Notes under the pieces: model-generated | What the model was told of the DNA's origin: nothing | What the model saw: only the letters and a program-made list of their open reading frames with translations | The model's database searches: none | Shown here: positions 1-8,620 of the stretch, piece by piece | Layout: every line of letters starts with the position of its first letter | Position numbering within the stretch: the stretch's first letter is position 1 | From: Salpingoeca rosetta | Lineage: Eukaryota > Protista > Choanoflagellata | Length of the DNA: 12,756 nt | Reading direction: 5' to 3' | NCBI GenBank assembly: GCA_033442325.1 | Contig: JAWQFM010000019.1 | Span: 903,574-916,329 of the forward strand | Translations under genes and position numbers: made by a program

Positions 1-220
1 GCACCCCAACGTCCCGGTAGGGGGTCGCTGTATGTTCGCCGGCATATGGTGGTGATTTGGTGTTTCTGGGCAAGCGAGGGCTGAGATAAGTCTATGGATG
101 AGGAAAGGCAAGTAACTCTGCCCTAAAGTTAGGTCTTCTCTGACGAAACATGTTGGCGTATATCATTTCACCCAAGCACAGTAGTCGTTGCGTCGCGTAG
201 TCACAATTCACTTTCCAATC
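1..220 (-). pseudogene. Possible degenerate downstream exons (or 3' UTR exons) of the Cys/Asp-repeat gene
   Basis: A good acceptor (TTCTTTTGGGCTTGACAG|, exon starts at 220) is followed by TGT GAC TAC (CDY) and, in a shifted frame, AAC GAC TAC TGT (NDYC). A second acceptor-like site lies near 92. There is no in-phase open continuation. Confidence 0.3.
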
Positions 221-416
221 CTGTCAAGCCCAAAAGAAATCAGTGAAAAGCGCGCGCGCGTGTGCATGTATGTCTGTGTGTGTGTGCGTACGTGTGCGTG
301 TGTGTGCGTGTGTGAACGAGAACGTGTGTGATGTGTGCGCTCCCGGGTAGCAAGCTCGTGTTCCCAGTGACAAGCCAGCAAATGACCTCACAAGCCTATC
401 ATTTGCAAGCAAGCAT

Positions 417-1384
417 TCATAAGACAAACGCACAATCATCGCAGCTGTCGTAGCAGATGTCGCAGCCAGAGTCGCATCCGCTGTAGCAGATATCACAGCC
501 CTCGTCTGAAGTTATGTGGGCAAACACCGCATGCGTCCAAATGTTAGACCACGAATGCCATCCGTTGTACGTTGCCGTGCAACACGGGAGGCTGGGGCAA
601 TGATGCATGGTGTGGCATGTTTGAGCAACGCACCACAGCCTCCGTCGCACGAGGTGTCGCAGGAGTCGTCGCAGGTGGTGACACAGTAATCACAGCTGCT
701 GTCGCAACTGCCTGTAAATGGTGGTAAAAATGAAACAGACCAAAGCGGTGAAGAATGCTGAGTTAAACGACACAAACACACGAGTCAACGGCATCACAAG
801 CGTAAAAGCACGCGCTTGCGGTGTGTGATATGCAGATGGTGCTCGGAAGCACAAGAGAGATTTGCTCTGCACTCACTGTCGCATCCAAGGCTAAAAATGA
901 CGCAGCTGGAATCACAGCTGTCATCACAGCTCGTACAGTTGGTCGAACAGCTCCTGAAGGTCACGGACGTGTGAGACAGCTCATGAGCGGTGGGCAGCAG
1001 TAGAAGGTACAGGAACAGAAGAAGAGAAGACAACAACAAAACCCGAGCAAGCGGCCAACATCGATGCGTGCGAACAGCTCCACGCACGCCTGTCTATGTT
1101 GAACTTACGAGTCGCATCCAGAGTCGCAATAATAATCGCAGCTGGCAAAGAGAAGCAGGCAAAGGAGAAAGAACAGGGGACAGAAGAACATTCGAGCGGC
1201 AACAGGTGAACAGTGTGGGTTCATGCACGTATTGGGTTGCCTTGCAAGCTCAAACAGGACTTACGCGCCAGCATGTTGCACAAGCGTGTGTGTGTGTGTG
1301 TGTTTGGAATGTATGGAGACGAGCTTCCTTACCCGTAATCGCAGCCAGCGTTGCAGTTGTCATCACAGAAGTCGTCACAACCAC
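417..1384 (-). CDS. Core exons of a spliced gene encoding an acidic Cys/Asp-rich (C-x3-C / C-x2-C) repeat protein of unknown family
   Basis: Five exons at 1384-1333, 1141-1109, 953-877, 711-634 and 505-434. Each has a CAG acceptor and a GTAAGG, GTAAGT, GTGAGT, GTGCGT or GTGCGT donor, and the phases match. Joined translation: GCDDFCDDNCNAGCDYGCDYYCDSGCDSSCSTNCTSCDDSCDSSCVIFSLGCDSSCDSSCDYCVTTCDDSCDTSCDGGCDEGCDICYSGCDSGCDICYDSCDD. The 3' end is ambiguous: read-through to TGA at 417-419 (...DDCAFVL*) or a splice to the acceptor at 220, which creates T|GA. Confidence 0.8.
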
Positions 1385-1512
1385 CTGTGTGATGTTACAC
1401 AAAAGCAGCCAAACAGCGTGACTCCTTTTGAGGGCTATGACACACAGAGAGAAGACGTTAGAGTAGGAGGCAAAGGAAACAAGGACATCATGTCTCTAGT
1501 CTGTCAGCAAAC

Positions 1513-2156
1513 CCATCTGCGACAGTGCGTGCGTCGTGGTTGACAGTCTTTCAGAACAGGCGTCCCCATCAGCCACAGAGAGCGTGACTCGAGCAGGGGA
1601 CGGAGACAAGAGGAGAGGACAAGCCACGGTGAACCGCACACGCAGACGTGTTCGTGGGTGTGTGTGTGTGTTTGCATGAATCTGTGATCGAACACGTGTG
1701 CATTGCATATGCGTGATTACGAAAACTGCAAATCAACGCTGCTGGTTTCTTTGGAGTGGACAAGCAGTCACAAATCACACCGTACCAATGAAACATTGCA
1801 TTGAAGTATTGAACTGCCCGTAGTTCTTTCGTTCTCTTGTCTGCAGCAACAGCAACGTGAGGTGAGTAACGGTTGGCGATGGATGACCACGCTCTCCCTT
1901 TCACACGTGCCCAGCTCCAAGGCAGATTTGACTTTGGGATTGAGCGATCCGTTTGCCCATCTTTGTGACGCATGCGCCTAAATTTTCGCGCCATTGGTCC
2001 TCCTCTCAGTCTCTATTTTCTTGTCGACCACAAACCACGCCACTTTCTACCTTCCGTTTCGCTTGGTCGCCTGTTTGCCGTGCTTACTGTCTGGCTGACG
2101 CTGTTGTTGTGGAGCTGTGTAGAGAGAAGTCTTGAACTGGAACCATGCCCCACCAT
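1513..2156 (-). CDS. Putative 5' exons of the Cys/Asp-repeat gene
   Basis: Exons 2156-2088 (ATG...CAGACA|GTAAGC), 1840-1786 (GCTGCAG| ... |GTACGG) and 1587-1513 (weak GAG acceptor, |GTTTGC donor) join in phase with each other and with exon 1384. Translation: MVGHGSSSRLLSTQLHNNSVSQT-TRERKNYGQFNTSMQCFI-VTLSVADGDACSERLSTTTHALSQM-GGCDDF... A competing strong acceptor near 1434 and a hydrophobic stretch upstream of 2156 make the exact model uncertain. Confidence 0.4.
1968..1997 (+). promoter_or_regulatory. Cluster of E2F-consensus site, inverted CCAAT box and CGCATGCG palindrome
   Basis: TTTTCGCGCC at 1983-1992 is immediately followed by ATTGG at 1993-1997, with CGCATGCG at 1969-1976. Motif match only. 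Confidence 0.35.
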
Positions 2157-2793
2157 GTCTGTCGCAAGTGTGGCCGTGAAGTGAAGCACAAGCACAGGAG
2201 TGCGCAAGACGGCACCATCGAGCCATCGTCACACAGGAGGACGACACGCATCATGATACGCAGCAAGCTGACTCTGACACATGGCTCTCGTGAATACGTC
2301 TTCGTTGCTTGCACTGTTGGCGTGTTTGGTTCTTCCTCTTCTTGATGGAGTGGCCTGTGATGATGGCGATTAGCCCTTCAGGCTGCTTGAGTTGTTGAAT
2401 TGCACACGAGTGGCGAAGACCTTGGTCGTTTGGTCGCTATCTCTAGCGTCTCTCCTTCTCTGTTGGGTGTCTTGTCGACGTGTCATAAACGAATAAACAC
2501 CATTATCTCGTTAGGGGAATCAGTTCAGTTACAGAACGGGCGTTATTCGTTTGGGAGTCAGTGCCAGCACACACAACACACGCGTGCATTGAAGAAGTGT
2601 GGGCAAAGAAGAGGGATGGTGCACGCTGTCTGGACGTTGAACTGCATGCAGTCGACACAAGATGCCGGGTGGTCAACGTAAAGGCCTGTGTGAGTGTGTG
2701 GGTCTACTCCACTCGGCAGTCGCGGTGGAACAAAGGAAACAGAAGATACACGAAGCACGCAAACAAAGGTCGATGCAATCGTTCGACACTCAC

Positions 2794-4478
2794 CACATGA
2801 GGTTCATCAAAGGAGGCAGAAATCCGCACACACTAAAGGTAAGGACACAGACAAAGACAGACAGACACACACAGAGACAAAGACAGACAGACACAGAAGT
2901 GCACCATGAAGTAATTGCTCACCCTCCTCTGTCTTTCATGCACACAGATCCATGTGTTTTGTTCCCTACAGCTCCAGCTGAAACCTCTAGCTCTGCGCAT
3001 TCGCCGTGCACGCAGACATGCATATCCTTTGACAAACCAACAAACCAGATCCTTTGACAAACCAACAAACCAGTCTTGAATATGGCGCGTGTAACACGTT
3101 CGGCACATCGACACGCAAGCAATAAGCTTGCCGGCCTGCGGTCCTGTCGACCAATGCTGTCCACACGCTTGCCCATGAGTGAGGCATTGGGACGCAGAGG
3201 CAGGAATGGAGAGAGGACAATAGCAAGGCAGCAGAATGAAAGTGCAAACACAGAGAGGCGCACAACGAGGCGCTGAGACACTGAAGCGAACACACACACA
3301 CACACACACACACTCTCTCTCTCTTTTTATGCTAGCACAAGCATACCCTCCCTCCGTCCTTCTTCTCCTCTGCCTCACTTTGGGCGACGTCGACACATCA
3401 ACGAACATACACCTCCATGAAGGCGCCATTCGAAGCACTGCCGAGAAATCCAAGTGCAGACTGCTCTGCGTTGGCGGATGTACGCAAGGGCCTCAGCGAC
3501 CCAGTTTCGCCCACGTCGTCCAATGGACGGCGGGCGTTGTGACCAAAACTCCACGCGAAGCCGCGTGTGCTTTCGCCATACATGGAGTCGGAGCCGTGCC
3601 ATCGCCATCAACACGTCTTCGTCGCATCTGCTTCCTTTGGCGGACACACGTTGCAGCTTCAGACAGCCGGTGCTGCACGGCACCGGGACGTCTGAGAAGA
3701 GGGCTTGAAGGGAATCGCCGGCCAGCGCACCTTCGTGCGCGATCCACTCGCCCGTGTTGGAGACAAACAGCACGTCCACTGCCTTTGGAAACCACGCGTT
3801 TCCTTTGAAGTCGTTCTGGCATTCTGCTGTTCAAACGAGTTCTTGGTTTGACCACAGGTTGCAGCGATTCAATGTCCATGTATTGGTGCCGTCGTTTGAG
3901 AAGCAAGCGGCGAGCGTCCACGGGTGTGCACTTTCACCTGCGATCTCCACTTCGCATTTCGTCGTCGCCAAGAACGTCTGCAATGCCCGAGTCCACGTCG
4001 CACCTGAGCGAATTCCTGTTCAGCAAGTCTTTCATGCTGGCGATCTCGTCCTGAAGCCTTGCAACGTGTTGTGCAGGCCTTGCACGTCGACGCCGTTCGG
4101 GGTCTGTGGGGTTAATTACCAGCCTGCCGGAATCATCTTCTTTGAGGACAGCGCCCAACACCGCAGTCGGATGCGGTGCCAAGTACTGAAGCAGCAGAGC
4201 CGCTGCCAAGTAGGAGTGTGAAAGGAAGAAAGGAACAGCGTCCACTCTTCCACTGCCTTTGCTGTCGAAAACACCAGCACGCATGTTTGTTTCCTCGCGC
4301 ATTGTTCAATTCTGTTCTTGTTACGTCGTTGAGGTACACGAGGGAGGACGGTGTTTGGTCTTTCTGCTTGAGTTCGCTCACGCTCACGCAAACTTTGCTC
4401 TTGCTTGCAGACTTACAGAGCTTGGGGGGGGGCTGGTCTTTGAGTGAGTGAGACTTGATGTCAAGAAAAGCAAACCAT
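2794..4478 (-). pseudogene. Intron-containing pseudogene of an unrecognised protein
   Basis: Exon-like segments: 4478-4417 (GAAGATGG start context, |GTAAGT), 4202-3379 (pyrimidine-rich ...GGCAG|, |GTGAGG), ~3143-2923 (|GTGAGC) and 2832-2794 (TTTAG|, |GTGAGT). Complex protein-like text (AFLDIKSHSLKDQPPPKLSALLLQYLAPHPTAVLGAVLKEDDSGRLVINP...; EVEIAGESAHPWTLAACFSNDGTNTWTLNRCNLWSNQELV*TAECQNDFKGNAWFPKAVDVLFVSNTGEWIAHE...) is broken by apparent frameshifts near 4473, 3957 and 3460, an in-frame TGA at 3831-3833 and a 25-bp duplication. Confidence 0.55.
3024..3073. repeat. Perfect 25-bp tandem duplication
   Basis: ATCCTTTGACAAACCAACAAACCAG at 3024-3048 and 3049-3073. Confidence 0.95.
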
Positions 4479-5169
4479 CTTCAGCAAGAGAGTGGCCGGA
4501 AAGTGGAGGATGCTGAAAGACTGAAAGAGATGCTCAGGGTGTTTGTTTGTTCACCCTCACCACATCAGCGAGCTGAAGAGCTAAAGCTGTCTCACTCACG
4601 CGAGAAGGCCACGAATTCGCAAATAGTACAACAACTCCTAACAACTCGAACACGCAGAAGAACGAGGCGAACGAAGCAAACCCCATTGACCCGTTCGTTC
4701 GCTGTCCCACCCACCGAGCGCACCGTTGTCTCATCTTCGCCTTTGTTCGATCCACCCAATGGGGACAAACCGGGACAGCCTTGCGGGCTTGCTCACGACA
4801 CACGGGAAATTTTCTCCATTTCTGGTGTTCGTTGCTGCTGTGCTGTTGTTTGTTGCCTAGCGTCCCACACCTTGGCTTTCAGGCCTTTTGTGTGCTTGTG
4901 CGTTGTTTCGCTTGTTGTCCCTCCACCTCTCCTGAGGCTTTCCCCTCAGCCACTCTCTTCCCTTTCTTCCCACATTGCTCCCTTCTTCTTCTTCCTTTCA
5001 TTTCTTCCTCTGAGCCGACTGCTGTCTCTTTGCATTGCTGTCGCACAATTTGCCAGAGCAAGCCTTCATTCACCCTTCCACCCCGAGCACCTGAGCACCT
5101 CCCCGGCGGCTTGACCTGTTGGCTGACGCCAGGACAGAAGACTGCACTGCACACCCAACGCACCCACCC

Positions 5170-5186
5170 ACACACACCCACACACA

Positions 5187-5270
<84 letters not shown>
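5170..5270. repeat. (CA)n microsatellite, slightly interrupted
   Basis: Directly visible run of about 100 bp just upstream of the ATG at 5292. Confidence 0.95.
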
Positions 5271-5271
<1 letters not shown>

Positions 5272-5291
5272 CTGAAAACAACGACGACGAC

Positions 5292-5574
5292 ATGCCATCC
5301 TCCTCCGTTTTCAGGACCGTGGCCATTATGGCGGCGGCGATTGTCCTTGTAACGACGACGGGCGGCTTCCAGGGCGAGGCCAGGCCATGCACGCGTGCAT
5401 GCAAGACGAAGCAAAGGTGAATGAACGCGCCTTCTAGCCTTCTAGCCTCACCCCTCGCCCAAGTGTGCGGACACAGCGATGACGACCTACCGCTGAGCTT
5501 TGGTCACTCATTTTGTCAAAGGTTTGAGCGCACGTGCGTCAAAATGAAGCTTGTGTCTGAGCACAGCCGGAAAG
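5292..5574 (+). CDS. First two exons of a putative secreted or membrane protein gene
   Basis: GACGAC-ATG at 5292. Exon 5292-5416 encodes MPSSSVFRTVAIMAAAIVLVTTTGGFQGEARPCTRACKTKQ (signal-peptide-like), followed by |GTGAAT. Exon 5522-5574 is in phase (RFERTCVKMKLVSEHSRK), followed by |GTATGA. An in-phase acceptor TTCACAG| precedes 5763 (GCALSFRNRSSQAWANTPNT...). Further exons are not resolved. Confidence 0.45.
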
Positions 5575-6909
5575 GTATGAAGGCTTTGCTGTTCCTGCTT
5601 TCATTGCTTGCATGCAAGCATGCGTGTTGTGTGTGTGCGTGCGTGTGCATGTGTGCACTTGGTAGTGCAGCTCATTAGCTCGCTCACAAATGTGCATCCC
5701 TTTCACCACAAGTCGTTCTTGATGCTCGTTGTCTTACTTCTTCCTCCACATCACGTTCACAGGCTGTGCGCTCTCTTTTCGGAATCGCAGCTCTCAAGCA
5801 TGGGCAAACACGCCCAACACAGTGTGCTGCACACGATGGAATGCATGTTCGTTTAAGCTCACACGTGTGCGTGTGTGCGTGTGTGTGTGTGTGTGTCTCA
5901 TCACAACTGGTGCAGCTTGTGAACTGCTCGTGATCGTGCGTGTCGTTTCGTTTGTGTTCTTGTGGGTTACGCGTGGCCGTCCTTGCTCTTGCTGCCAGAC
6001 ATGGCCCTTATTCCGTTGTTGGTGCTGCACCTCCTGCACTCCTGCACTCCTGCACTTGGCTCACGATGTGATGTGTTACTGCCTCCGTTCCATCCGTCGG
6101 TTGTGTTCGATGTAGAACCTTGGGGTATGAGCGACAGATGACAAAAGCGAGGCACTGCTGCGGCTGCTGCGGCTGTCGTTGCTGCTGTCACACCCGCAGA
6201 CTACGAACTGCACCACAGAGGTACACAACCAACCCCGTCTGAATGCATTTGTGCGCGTCATGCCTCTGTCGTTGCTTGTGAGGCTTCAACCACACTCACC
6301 AGCCATCATGCGGTGTTGTGCTTGTGATCCTCCATTGTTGTGCGCGCGTGTGTGCACGTGTGCACGTATCGTCGTGACGGGTCCACCATGCCTAAGTGCT
6401 CACTTGCAGCACTCTTGCTCAATGTTCACTGTTGCACCCTCACCGTTCTCTTCTCTCATGTCATCTTCTCTCGTCTTACAACTCGTCGCCCTTTAAACAC
6501 CCGACACGGGATACGTTCCCACATCCTACCACTCTCGCTGCTGCCACAAGCATGCCGTCGCTTGCTGCTGCTGTCGCTGCTGTGATGCACAACCTGCCCG
6601 ACCTCTGAGGAGCCATGAGCGCAGAATGCTCATCGTTACTTTTGCATGGCCTCCCGCACAGCTGCCTGCTCACCAGTGCAGACACTGGTGACCCCCGAAC
6701 GGCGAGCATGAAGGAGGGCGAGCGAGGGAGGAGCAACAGGGTGGCGAAAGAGGGTGGTGAGGGAGACGCTTCGAGGACACAACCAGCAGCAGCAGCTAGC
6801 GTGCGTGGATGAACACACATACGTAGTTGGTTTGAAGGCTCACCGGGTCAGGGTCATGCGTCAGCAGCAACTGCTGTCCTCTCCTCTCCAGGTATCTGTT
6901 TTGTGTGTG

Positions 6910-6910
<1 letters not shown>

Positions 6911-6988
<78 letters not shown>
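6911..6988. repeat. Perfect (TG)n microsatellite, probably intronic
   Basis: Directly visible; follows a plus-strand donor-like CCAG|GTATCT near 6892. Confidence 0.95.
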
Positions 6989-6990
<2 letters not shown>

Positions 6991-7335
6991 CCTTTCATTT
7001 GCATGCGGTGCCAAGTCTACTCCACCGACCTTGCTCTCTTGCTGTTCTCGTGTTTCGTTGGAGGTGCACAACACTCTCGTCACACCCACTCACGTTGTCG
7101 TTCTTGCGCACTGCCTTCTTTCTGGGCCATTGTCGCCTTTGTCCTTGCACCAGCTCTGCGACGAGGAGGAAGGACGCGTGCTTGTGCCTTGTGGAGCCCT
7201 GTTGCCCCAAGCAAGCAGAAAAACACGCATGCAAACTGCAAACTGCGCAACTGCTGTCGCATTTTGAACACCGACAGCATAATTTATACCCAAGGTACAG
7301 CCTGGGAAATGCACTTTTCACATGCAAGCACGCTC

Positions 7336-7366
7336 GCACACACACACACACACGCATGCATGCACG

Positions 7367-7407
<41 letters not shown>

Positions 7408-7455
7408 ACACACATACACACACACACACACACACACATACACACACACACACAT
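7336..7455. repeat. Interrupted (CA)n microsatellite, probably intronic
   Basis: Directly visible; ends just before the acceptor-like TGTCCAG| at 7461. Confidence 0.9.
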
Positions 7456-7461
7456 GTCCAG

Positions 7462-7875
7462 GTGGTCAGTTGGTTCACATTGTGCACCACTTGACCATAC
7501 GTCTTTGAAGGCGGTGGTGTGGTCGCTGCCGTCCCTGTTAACGCCACTCACGCACAGCTCCTCACGCGTGCACGGAGCATCCGCCACGTTACCTCATCCA
7601 CGTGCGTATGTTGCGTATGTGCGAGTGCGTGTGTGAAAGGGGCACAAGCATACGCGCATTCCCTTCCTCTGCCACGTCGTTCGTCTCACGTGACGGTTTT
7701 GGACGTTGCGATTGTTGTTGTGGTTGCTGTTGGTTGTTGTTTCTGTTATTCTTGTGCTCATGCAGGTACCGCCACGATTACAGTCATCCACACCGGTTTG
7801 GTGACAACGCCACGTGGATGAAGGACGCCTGAAGCGGGCACGCATGTGCGCTGTGCTGCCCAAACATCACGTGAC
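7462..7875 (+). pseudogene. Degenerate coding exons, possibly the 3' part of the gene starting at 5292
   Basis: Exon 7462-7601 (|GTGCGT) and an exon starting at 7766 (CTCATGCAG|) join in phase: VVSWFTLCTT*PYVFEGGGVVAAVPVNATHAQLLTRARSIRHVTSSTYRHDYSHPHRFGDNATWMKDA*SGHACALCCPNIT*. There are three N-x-T sequons but internal TGAs at 7492 and 7830. Confidence 0.35.
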
Positions 7876-7894
7876 ACCCCGAGCACCAGCACCA

Positions 7895-7933
7895 GTAACA
7901 GCAACAACGGTAACAGCAACAACGGTAACAGCA
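7895..7933. repeat. 15-bp tandem repeat, about 2.6 copies
   Basis: GTAACAGCAACAACG x2 plus GTAACAGCA. Confidence 0.9.
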
Positions 7934-8620
7934 CAGCAGAAGCCATGATGCTGTGGTCGCGTGGCTTGCGTTCATGACGTGATGAGATGGAGGCTTCCGT
8001 TTGGATGATGACGGCAATGGGCGATGCGAAGATGCATGATGACAGCAGAGTGGATACCAGAATGGGAAGAACAACAGCCGTCAGCTTACAATGGTGGTGT
8101 GGGTGATGCCCGACGCACCACCATTACCCACCGCCAACGATGCAGTGGCACGCGTAGCAAGAACAGCGTAGCGGTGCACGTTGGTCCATTTCTTTCGTCG
8201 TCTTTGGCACCTTGACCACCACTGCCACCACACCACACCTGGCGCTGACACAAGCCTCGCCAACATCGTTCTCCTTTGCATTCACGGCTTCTTGCCGGGT
8301 CGTGTCTGCTGGCATTTTAAGACCCCAGATCATCACGACGACACCAACAGCAGCATCAACAACGACGACGAAAACAGCGAGCGCAGACACCATGCTGCGA
8401 GGCAGAAGGCAACAACAACCACGATCGCAAGCAACAACAGTAGCACACACACACACACACACACACAACAGCAAGCGACACCCCCATACTCCACCGCCGC
8501 CACCGCCACCACATTACATCACATCGTGTCATTAGACCACCGTGGAGTGGTGTCATTTGCCAAGATGAGGTCGAGGTCGCTGGGAATTGGCAGCGGCACG
8601 TGTATGGATGGATGGTCCCA

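Noticed and set aside
1260-1265. Extra minus-strand exon ending at a GTAAGT donor inside the Cys/Asp gene
   Set aside because: There is no usable acceptor between it and the preceding donor at 1332, and the flanking exons already join in phase.
1569-1994. 141-aa minus ORF as a transposase fragment
   Set aside because: There is no DDE or other catalytic motif and no terminal repeats; it spans predicted intron and exon sequence of the Cys/Asp gene.
2839-2971. Plus-strand intron (AG|GTAAGG...CCCTACAG|)
   Set aside because: The spliced product is short and uninformative, and the minus-strand exon chain over the same region has a more complete phase-consistent set of splice sites. It is not strictly excluded.
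4781-7636. Many ORFs with HTHT or CVCV runs as metal-binding proteins
   Set aside because: They are translations of stop-free (CA)n/(TG)n microsatellites located in introns or leaders.
3831-7832. UGA recoding (Sec or Trp), because the in-frame stops at 3831, 7492 and 7830 are all TGA
   Set aside because: TGA is the commonest chance stop in GC-rich DNA, frameshifts also occur in these regions, TGA serves as a true stop at 10143, and I see no SECIS-like element. Pseudogenisation is simpler.
7980-8480. Coding exon on either strand
   Set aside because: Several short low-complexity frames are open on both strands with no decisive splice or codon evidence, so it was left uncalled.
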